DNA from: an uncultured Planctomycetia bacterium
Lineage (GTDB): Bacteria > Planctomycetota > UBA1135 > GCA-002686595
Assembly (NCBI GenBank): GCA_938003765.1
Contig: CALKYE010000254.1
Coordinates: 29,197-93,196 of the forward strand
DNA length: 64,000 nt
Reading direction: 5' to 3'
Position numbers and translations under genes: made by a program. Within the stretch, counting starts at the first letter, position 1. Every line of letters begins with the position of its first letter. The notes below the pieces were generated by a model. It was not told the origin of the DNA, did no database searches, and saw only the letters and a program-made list of their open reading frames with translations. Shown here piece by piece: positions 38,242 through 45,757 of the stretch.

Positions 38242-39627
38242 TCAGCGCACGAGCCAGGCGCGGAAGCGCGCTTCGAGGTCGGCCTCCGGGTCGTGGCTCT
38301 CGCCGAGCGTGAGCTGGAAGTGCTCGCGAACCAGGCGGTGGAGTGCGTTGCGCTCCGCGGTGGAGTGGAACGGAACGTCGCGGAGCGCGCTGAGCAGGAC
38401 ACGGAAGCGTTCGGGGAACTCGGCCTGGAGGAAGCCGACGAAGGCGACGCTGTACGCGCGCTGGAACTCGGCGAAGCCCTTGCGCGCTCCCAAGCCGCCC
38501 TGGACCGCCTCCGCTGGAGTGGGAGCGTCGGGGCCCAGGATCAGCGCGCGCAGGACTTCCGCCGGGCGTTCGCGATCGAGGTCGAGGATCGTGAATCCGC
38601 CGTCGCGCGCGGCGGCGCGCAGTGGTTTGGCGAAGCGGTTCGAAGAGGCGCCGCGGAAGGGTCCCTTCTCGCGCGAGAGCAGCGCGAGCGCCTCGAGTCC
38701 GCCGATCCACCAGGTCGGCATGCTCTCGACTTCGCGGCAGCCGGTGCAGTTGGTCTCGTCGGCGCCGCACAGCGTCAGCGTGGCGTCGATCGCGAGCGCC
38801 TCGACGAACCACGGCGGGGTCATCGGAACGAGCCAGTAGATGATCTGGTGCGCCGCCGCGTGCGTGAACCACTGCTCCCGCTCGGGTCGGCTCATTCCCG
38901 AATCCTCGAGCACCGCCGAGCCCTCGTGCCGGAGCGCCCAGGTCGCCGCGAACACACTGGATCCGTCGAGCAACGCCGTGAACGGCGCGGTCAGCTCCAC
39001 GTGATTCCAGATGTGCCGCTGCGTCCGCACGCTCAGCAGGCCGCGGGCGCCGACGACGGCCACGTACTGCGCCCGTGTCGGGGCGAGGATCATCGTCAGG
39101 CGCCGTCCGCTGCGCATCGGCAACCCGAAGTGAGCTTCGAGAGCCGCCAGCGCCGACTGAGCGTCCTCGCTCGGCGGGGTGTGCGGTAACGCTTGGAACG
39201 AGGACCACCAGCCTTCGACCCGCGTGAGCGCCGCTCGCGCCGCCGCGCTGGTGGGTTCGGACGGGTCCTCGCGGTCGAGCCAGTAGCGCTGCAGCGCCAG
39301 CAGCGCACGACCGCGGTCGACGAGGTCCTTGGCGCGCGCCCCCGGCGCCTCGCGGCCCTTGGCGTCGAGCGTGACGAGCGGCGCCCACAGCTCGAACGCG
39401 CCGAAGGGGAGGGCGTCGTGGAGCGAGCGCAGGCGTTCCGAGGTCGTGTCGGCGCTGTTGGCGCTCGGACCGGCGCGCTCGTCGGCGAGTTCGACCAGGC
39501 GCTGGCCGAGCCGCTCGAAGGGCTCGACGTCGAAGTTCTGCGCTGCAATCGCGGGAGTTGCGACGAGAGCCAACGAGGCGACGCGAACGCCCGCCAGGCG
39601 CCGCAGTGAAACGATCGGCGAAAGCAC
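38242..39627 (-). CDS. Secreted hypothetical protein, paralogue of 36219..37625, with a degenerate HExxH (HAAAH)
   Basis: GTG start. Signal peptide ...LVATPAIAAQ. See the paralogy motifs listed for 36219..37625. THAAAHQIIYW...PPWFVEALAID. Confidence 0.7.
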   Translation of the reverse strand: MLSPIVSLRRLAGVRVASLALVATPAIAAQNFDVEPFERLGQRLVELADERAGPSANSADTTSERLRSLHDALPFGAFELWAPLVTLDAKGREAPGARAKDLVDRGRALLALQRYWLDREDPSEPTSAAARAALTRVEGWWSSFQALPHTPPSEDAQSALAALEAHFGLPMRSGRRLTMILAPTRAQYVAVVGARGLLSVRTQRHIWNHVELTAPFTALLDGSSVFAATWALRHEGSAVLEDSGMSRPEREQWFTHAAAHQIIYWLVPMTPPWFVEALAIDATLTLCGADETNCTGCREVESMPTWWIGGLEALALLSREKGPFRGASSNRFAKPLRAAARDGGFTILDLDRERPAEVLRALILGPDAPTPAEAVQGGLGARKGFAEFQRAYSVAFVGFLQAEFPERFRVLLSALRDVPFHSTAERNALHRLVREHFQLTLGESHDPEADLEARFRAWLVR

Positions 39628-39754
39628 GGCCCCTCCTGCCAGGGATGGACGTGATTGGGGGATTGGGGAAGCTGCCGTCGCCGCCCAGGCAACTCGCGCG
39701 CCGAGCTCGTCAACTCATGCGGCGGACGAGTCGCCGATCACCGCGCTGCGCGGC

Positions 39755-41158
39755 TCAGTGTCCGCCGGCGCTCTTCGGTCGCGCGTTCCAGATCGTCGCG
39801 CACAGCGCCAGGCCGATGATCACGACCGGCAGCATCGCGCCCGGCCAGATGCTCCAGTTCGCAGCGTCCGCCGCCGCATCGCCCTTGGGCAGCTTCGCGC
39901 CGTACAGGAAGGCCTGCGCGCCGCCGCCCAAGTACACGAACCCGTCGATGATCCCGGTCACCAGGCCGGCGTTCTTCGAGCCGCCGAAGTCCGCCGAGGC
40001 CGTGCCCGAGAGCATGCCGTGCACGCCGATCACGCACAGCGACATGAACACGACGCTCCAGCCGAGCGACGGTTCGCCCAGCAGGAAGTACGCGGCGACG
40101 GCGCCGAGCAGCATGCCGGCGTAGAGCACGCTCGAGACCGGTCCGCGGCGACTGGAGAACACGTGGTCGGAGATGAAGCCCGCGAACACGCCGCCGAGGA
40201 TGCCGGCGACGCACATGAGCATGCCCCAGTTGGCGTAGAAGAACGATTCGCGGCCTTCGATCGCGCCCAGGTAGAGCCGGCCCTGCTTCATCACCGCCTG
40301 GCGCAGGAAGCCCGAGCAGAACTCGATGCCGACGATGATCCAGATCACGCGCTGCGAGAACATGCGCCGCGCCACCTCGCCGAAGCTGAGGCGGCCGACT
40401 TGGCCCGAGCTCGCGTCGCCCGTGTTGAAGTCGGGGAAGCCCGCGTGGCCGGGCGTGTCGCGCACGAGCACCAGCGCCATCACCAGGCACGCGCCGATCA
40501 CGCCGGCCGGAATCCAGAACGCCATCGAAGCGCCGAGCTTCCGATAGATCTCGAGGCTCCAGTCGTAGGAGAAGTAGAGCCCCAGCGAGATCAGGATCCC
40601 GAACAGCCCGCCGAGCACGCCGCGCTCGCGCACGTGGAACCAGGGCGCGTTGACCTTGACGATCGAGACGGCGCCGAAGCTCTGGAAGTACATGTTGATC
40701 GCGTTGAGCAGCATCAACGCCGACTTGAGCGCTTCGCCGTCGAGTTCTCCGGCGCTCGAGCGCGCGAAGACGATGGCCATGCCGGCGTTCATCAGCGCTG
40801 AGCCGGCCGTCGCCGCGATCATCGTCGCGCGGCCGCCGAAGCGGTCGGTGAGCGGGCCGTTGATCAGGAACGCGATGCCGTAGACCCACTGGCCGACGCC
40901 GTCGATCTCGTTGAAGACCGACTTGGCGAGCAGTCCCGCCTTGTCGAGCTCGCTCGCGATCGCGGACAGGTTGTAGCGCCCGAAATAGAGGAACGCGTAG
41001 GCGAGGCCGAGCGGGATCCAGTTCGCGAGCCGGCGCTTCTTGAAGGCCTCGGAGTGGCCGAGCTCGACCTTCGGCAGGCGTCGCACCACGACGGCGACGG
41101 CGACCAGCAGCAGGAGGATCGGGAGCAGCTTCTGCAGCCAGTGCGGGAGGTCGCTCAT
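39755..41158 (-). CDS. MFS transporter (organophosphate:Pi antiporter-like)
   Basis: About 12 predicted TM helices. LGLAYAFLYFGRYNLS and GPLTDRFGGR resemble the GlpT/UhpC-type MFS. Confidence 0.7.
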   Translation of the reverse strand: MSDLPHWLQKLLPILLLLVAVAVVVRRLPKVELGHSEAFKKRRLANWIPLGLAYAFLYFGRYNLSAIASELDKAGLLAKSVFNEIDGVGQWVYGIAFLINGPLTDRFGGRATMIAATAGSALMNAGMAIVFARSSAGELDGEALKSALMLLNAINMYFQSFGAVSIVKVNAPWFHVRERGVLGGLFGILISLGLYFSYDWSLEIYRKLGASMAFWIPAGVIGACLVMALVLVRDTPGHAGFPDFNTGDASSGQVGRLSFGEVARRMFSQRVIWIIVGIEFCSGFLRQAVMKQGRLYLGAIEGRESFFYANWGMLMCVAGILGGVFAGFISDHVFSSRRGPVSSVLYAGMLLGAVAAYFLLGEPSLGWSVVFMSLCVIGVHGMLSGTASADFGGSKNAGLVTGIIDGFVYLGGGAQAFLYGAKLPKGDAAADAANWSIWPGAMLPVVIIGLALCATIWNARPKSAGGH

Positions 41159-41260
41159 CGTGCGTTCCGATTCGTTGCAGCGGAGTGGTTCAAGAGTCCG
41201 TCGACGATTCCCAGGCGCTCTGTCGCTCGCCGCCGCGCGTCGAAGCGTCGAGTCATCCCG

Positions 41261-42160
41261 CTAGCGGCGGACGAGGGAGGCCAGCTCGCGCACGGACTCG
41301 ACGACGTGGTCGATGGCGCCGTCCGCGCGACTGTCGAGCACCCAACTCGGCGTGTGCGGATGGCGGCGCAGCACGAGCTCGCGCGGCGCGAACGCGTGGC
41401 CGGCGCGGCGCAGGACGTGCGGGAGCGCGAGGTCGAGCGAGAACACGTCGCCGATCACCATCTGCGGGCGCTCCTCCTCGATCACCTTGCGGTACAGCGG
41501 CCGGTCGACGTGGATCTTGCGGCCGGAGAGCTGGATCGAGTCGTCGCCGGGGCCGAGCGTCATCTTCTGCGCGGCGCCGCGCACGCGCATCTGTCCGCCG
41601 GGCTCGACGCGCGCGTCGACGCCGATCTGGCGGAACCAGCCGACGATCTTGTCGGAGCTCGAGTTCGACACGACCACGACTTCGCAGCCGCGCGCGAGCA
41701 GTTCCTCCAGCATCGCCTTGGCGCCCGGAACGAGCGCGGGCGGGTGCTGGATGCGAAAGGCCGCCGTGGCGGCCATGAAGCAGTGGTCCGCGAACTTGGT
41801 CAGCGTCTCGAAGCCGCTGGCGAGGATCGCGTCGCGGTAGCGCTTGGCGATCGGCTCGTCGCAGCGCTCGTCGAGCAGCATCGCGATGGCGTTGGCCTCG
41901 CAGAACGGGTCCTCGTCGACGTAGGCCGTGATGCGCCCGTCCGGCGCCCAGCCGTAGCGCGCAGGCTCGAGCTTCACGCGGCGCTCGAACTCGTCGAAGT
42001 GCTCGCGCGCCTGATCCGCGCCGATGTTCGCCAGGCGCGCCGCCTCGGCGATCAGGTAGAGCTTGACGTTCTGCGCCTCGAACGCCTGGTCGGTCCAGAC
42101 GCCGTCGAAGTCGCTCAAGAGCTTGAATGCGGCCTGGGACCCCATGGGGGCGCGGATCAT
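41261..42160 (-). CDS. HAD-superfamily hydrolase-like protein
   Basis: ATG 42160 overlaps the upstream stop (ATGA). Motif I LLSDFDGVWTD, motif II VVVVSNSS, motif IV MVIGDVFSLD. Confidence 0.65.
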   Translation of the reverse strand: MIRAPMGSQAAFKLLSDFDGVWTDQAFEAQNVKLYLIAEAARLANIGADQAREHFDEFERRVKLEPARYGWAPDGRITAYVDEDPFCEANAIAMLLDERCDEPIAKRYRDAILASGFETLTKFADHCFMAATAAFRIQHPPALVPGAKAMLEELLARGCEVVVVSNSSSDKIVGWFRQIGVDARVEPGGQMRVRGAAQKMTLGPGDDSIQLSGRKIHVDRPLYRKVIEEERPQMVIGDVFSLDLALPHVLRRAGHAFAPRELVLRRHPHTPSWVLDSRADGAIDHVVESVRELASLVRR

Positions 42161-42909
42161 ACGGGCTCGCCGGCCAGCGCGCGGATCTCGAAGGGCTTCA
42201 ACTTGCGCTGCGCGCCGGGCGCCAGCGAGCCGAGTTCGAGCGGTCCGATGGCGACGCGCGCGAGCTCGATCACGCGGCTTCCGAGCGCCTCGAACATGCG
42301 CCGCACCTGACGATTGCGGCCCTCGCAGATCGCGACCTCGACCCGCGTGTCGGCGCCGCTCGCGCCCAGGCGACGAACGCGCGCCGGCGCGGTCGGGCCG
42401 TCGTCCAGCTCGACCCCCGCGCGCAGTCGCTCGAGCTGCGCGTCGTCGAGCGAGCCGGCGGCGAGGCACTCGTAGCGCTTGAACATGCGCGAGCGCGGAT
42501 TGGTGATGCGCTCCGCCCAGTCCGAGTCGTTGGTGAACAAAAGCAGCCCGCTGGTGTCGAGGTCGAGTCGCCCCACGGGCGCGACCCATTGGTCGAGTTC
42601 GCCGAGGAGCTCGTACACGCTCGCGCGGCCGCGCTCGTCGCTGCGCGTCGTGACGTAGCCGACCGGCTTGTGGAATGCGAGGTAGAGCTTGGCCGCTGCT
42701 GCGAGCGGCGCATCGTCCACTTCGACCCGGTCGCTGCGCAGGTCGACCCAGCTCTGCGGATCGCGCACGCGCAGTCCGTTGACGCGCACGCGGCCGGCGG
42801 CGATCGCGGCTTGCGCTTGCGAACGCGACATCAGTCCCGCGCGCGAGAGCACACGGTCTAGCGTCTTGCGCTGCTCCTGCGGGCGACCGTTGTTTCGAGC
42901 CGATGGCAT
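42157..42909 (-). CDS. Pseudouridine synthase, RsuA/RluB/RluE/RluF family
   Basis: S4-like LDRVLSRAGLMSRSQAQAAIAAGRVRVNG. Catalytic motif VGRLDLDTSGLLLFTND. EGRNRQVRRMF. Start trimmed to ATG 42909. Confidence 0.85.
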   Translation of the reverse strand: MPSARNNGRPQEQRKTLDRVLSRAGLMSRSQAQAAIAAGRVRVNGLRVRDPQSWVDLRSDRVEVDDAPLAAAAKLYLAFHKPVGYVTTRSDERGRASVYELLGELDQWVAPVGRLDLDTSGLLLFTNDSDWAERITNPRSRMFKRYECLAAGSLDDAQLERLRAGVELDDGPTAPARVRRLGASGADTRVEVAICEGRNRQVRRMFEALGSRVIELARVAIGPLELGSLAPGAQRKLKPFEIRALAGEPV

Positions 42910-43040
42910 GCCGGCGCGATGGTACCCCGGCCGACGCTCCGCGCAGGAAGCGCGGATTTGCTTGATGCCTTCGCGGGTCGGGCTGCGTTTAGACTCTCGA
43001 GCGCCTGGTTCGGGATGCGGCGCTGAGGCGAGGAACATTC

Positions 43041-44870
43041 ATGGCATTCGAGCGGATCTTGGTGGCGGCAATCGCGGCGTGGACTCTGTCGGCGTGCGGT
43101 GGTGGGGGCGGAGGCGGAGGAGGCAGCGCACCCGCTGCGCCTGCGAACCTCGCCGCCAACATCAACGGCGCGGTGATCGAACTCACCTGGGACGGCTCGG
43201 TCGGCGCCCAGAGCTACCGCATCTACTACGACCTCGAACCCGGCGTCTCGCGCGCGGCGTTCGCGTTGGTGACGGAGGTCGCCCACGACAACCAGTCCGC
43301 CGTGCAGGGCGTCGACCTGACGACGGGCCCCTCGTTCCGCGGCTTCTTCGCCATCACGGCGGTGGGCGGCGGCGGCGACGAGAGCGCGCTCACGGGTGAG
43401 GTGGCGGCCGACACGGGTCTGAGCCTCGCGGCCGACACGCTGTACTCGCATCAGTGGCACCTGCACAACGTCGGCCAAGGCGGCGGCACCCCCGGCGAGG
43501 ACGTGCGCATCGAGCAGGCCTGGGCCGCAGGCGTCGACGGAACCGACGTGCGCATCGCGGTGGTCGACGACGGCCTCGAGATCGGGCACGAGGACCTGTT
43601 CTTCAACTGCCCGCCAGGCGAGTCGCACAACTACACCAACGGCTCGAAGGACCCGACCGGCGGCGCGCACGGAACGTCGTGCGCGGGCGTCGCGGCGGCT
43701 GTCGGCGGCAACGATCTGGGGGTCGTAGGCGCCGCGCCCGAGGCCTTCCTCGTGGGCTACAACCTGCTGCAGAACTTCACCAGCTCGAACGAAGCGAACT
43801 CGATGACGCGAGACGCTGCGAAGAACTGGATCAGCAGCAACTCGTGGGGCGCGCCGGACGGGCTGGGCGTCCCGCAGCCGTCGAGCTCGAACTGGCGCAC
43901 GGCGGTCGAGACGGGCCTCGCGAACGGCCGCAACGGTCTGGGGCTGGTGTACCTCTGGGCGGCCGGCAACGGCGCGACCACGGGCGGCGCCGGACCGGGC
44001 GACAACTCCAACCTCGACGGCCGCGCGAACTTCTACGGCGTGATCGCGGTGGGCGCGGTGGGGGACGACGGCGTGAAGGCGGACTACTCCGAGAACGGCG
44101 CGAACCTGCTCGTGTGCGCGCCGTCGATGGGTCGCGCCAACCACGGCATCAGCACGGTCGATCGCTCCGACGGCGCCGGCTACAACGACGGCGCGCAGGC
44201 GGGCGACTTCCCCGACGCCAACTACACCAACACGTTCAACGGCACGTCGTCCGCGACGCCGCTCGTGGCGGGCGTTGCGGCCTTGATGCTCGAGGCGAAC
44301 CCCGCGCTGACTTGGCGCGACGCGCGGCTGGTGCTGGCGCAGAGCACGCGCATCAACCACCCCGGCGACGTCGGTTGGTTCGTGAACGGCGCGGGCCACT
44401 TGTTCAACCACAAGTACGGCTTCGGCGTCGTCGACGCGCAGGCGGCGGTGACGTTGGCCCAGGGCTGGACCAACGTCGGGCCGATGCTCACGCACACCAG
44501 CTCGACGGCTGCGGTGAACACGCCCATCCCCGACGCCGATCCGATCACCGGCGTCTCGGACACGATCTCGATCGCCGGCTCGGGCATCAACTTCATCGAG
44601 CACGTCGAGATCCTGTTCGACGCGGACGACCACACTTACGTCGGAGACCTGCTGATCTTCCTCGAGTCGCCCACGGGCTCGATCAGTCTGCTCTCGGAGC
44701 CTCACAACATCTCGGGCGGCAACGTGCCCTACGACGGCTGGGTGTTCGGCAGCGTGCAGCACATGGACGAGCCCGCCGACGGCGATTGGACTCTCACCGT
44801 GCGCGACACGCTCCCCGGCGACACCGGAACCTTCAAGTCGTGGCGCCTGCGCTTCCGCGGCCGTTCCTGA
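43041..44870 (+). CDS. Kexin/furin-like S8 serine protease lipoprotein with a P (Homo-B) domain
   Basis: Lipobox LSAC followed by poly-Gly. Catalytic Asp VVDDG, His HGTSCAG, Ser NGTSSATP. C-terminal P-domain (HTYVGDLLIFLESPTG...DGDWTLTVRD...GTFKSWRLRF). Confidence 0.85.
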   Translation: MAFERILVAAIAAWTLSACGGGGGGGGGSAPAAPANLAANINGAVIELTWDGSVGAQSYRIYYDLEPGVSRAAFALVTEVAHDNQSAVQGVDLTTGPSFRGFFAITAVGGGGDESALTGEVAADTGLSLAADTLYSHQWHLHNVGQGGGTPGEDVRIEQAWAAGVDGTDVRIAVVDDGLEIGHEDLFFNCPPGESHNYTNGSKDPTGGAHGTSCAGVAAAVGGNDLGVVGAAPEAFLVGYNLLQNFTSSNEANSMTRDAAKNWISSNSWGAPDGLGVPQPSSSNWRTAVETGLANGRNGLGLVYLWAAGNGATTGGAGPGDNSNLDGRANFYGVIAVGAVGDDGVKADYSENGANLLVCAPSMGRANHGISTVDRSDGAGYNDGAQAGDFPDANYTNTFNGTSSATPLVAGVAALMLEANPALTWRDARLVLAQSTRINHPGDVGWFVNGAGHLFNHKYGFGVVDAQAAVTLAQGWTNVGPMLTHTSSTAAVNTPIPDADPITGVSDTISIAGSGINFIEHVEILFDADDHTYVGDLLIFLESPTGSISLLSEPHNISGGNVPYDGWVFGSVQHMDEPADGDWTLTVRDTLPGDTGTFKSWRLRFRGRS

Positions 44871-44914
44871 TCCGCTCCGCACACGTCTTCGACGCCGCCA
44901 ACGAAAGAACCAAC

Positions 44915-45631
44915 ATGAAGCTCTCCGTCCTCACCTTGTCGCTCGCGCTGCTGGCCGCTTGCGCCGCCGACGATGCGCCGCAAACGGTGTCCGCCGACTC
45001 GAGCGCGACCCCTTCGACGAACTCCAGCGCGCCCGCGACGGGCGGCCGCACCGTTCAGGCCCAGGCTCAGGAGGCCACCACCTTGGGTGACAAGTCCCGG
45101 CGCGCCCCCAACGACCTGACGCGCGCGCTCACGTACTTCGACGGCGAGTCGGAGCGCACCGTGTGGATCTCGAACGAACTCGTCGCCGAGATCGGACCCA
45201 CCGAAGAAGGGCGCGCGCGAGTGCTGCAGTTCGACAGCACGGCCGAGCAAGCGCTCCAACCGCAGGCCGGCGTGCGACTGTGGCGGCTGCGCGCGTTGCA
45301 GAGCGCCGACGAAGCCTCGCGCACGCTCACTCGCGATGAGTTGCGCTTCTCGCCCGTCGTGCACGAGACCGCATCGAGCGCTTCGCCGCGCGGAGCGTTG
45401 CCGGGCGGAGCAGTCGCGACCTTCCCGGCCGACTGGGACCGCGCGCGCATCGACGCGTGGCTCGCCAAGCACGGCACGAGCATCGTCGAGCCTGCGGTGC
45501 TCGAAGCGAACATGTTCCTCGTCGCGTCCGCGCCCGGGCTGGCGTCGATCGAGCTCGCCACTCGTCTCCACGCCACCGGCGAGATCGTCTCCTGCACGCC
45601 GAACTTCTGGCGCGAGGTCGTCACGCGCTGA
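44915..45631 (+). CDS. Lipoprotein with a protease-prodomain-like C-terminal segment
   Basis: ATG 44915. Lipobox LLAAC. C-terminus IDAWLAKHGTSIVEPAVLEANMFLVASAPGLASIELATRLHATGEIVSCTPNFW resembles subtilase/I9-type prodomain endings (...V.yaePN.). Tentative. Confidence 0.55.
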   Translation: MKLSVLTLSLALLAACAADDAPQTVSADSSATPSTNSSAPATGGRTVQAQAQEATTLGDKSRRAPNDLTRALTYFDGESERTVWISNELVAEIGPTEEGRARVLQFDSTAEQALQPQAGVRLWRLRALQSADEASRTLTRDELRFSPVVHETASSASPRGALPGGAVATFPADWDRARIDAWLAKHGTSIVEPAVLEANMFLVASAPGLASIELATRLHATGEIVSCTPNFWREVVTR

Positions 45632-45696
45632 GCGTCGCGCCGCCGCGTTGCGGTTGAGAAAAAAGCCGGGCGGGGGTTGCCGACCGGAGCGCCTTC

Positions 45697-45731
45697 ATCT
45701 ACCACGGTAGTTACAAGCTACCAAGGTAGTT
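45697..45731. promoter_or_regulatory. Two tandem 16-bp dyad boxes (ATCTACCACGGTAGTT, AGCTACCAAGGTAGTT; centres 19 bp apart) immediately upstream of the TPR/ExbB/ExbD operon
   Basis: Read directly in a locally AT-richer stretch. Each box is CTACC-NN-GGTAG with a conserved 3' TT. It ends 26 nt before GTG 45758. Closely related to the box at 53492..53507. Confidence 0.6.
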
Positions 45732-45757
45732 GAACGCGTCCTCCGGAGGCCCTCGCC

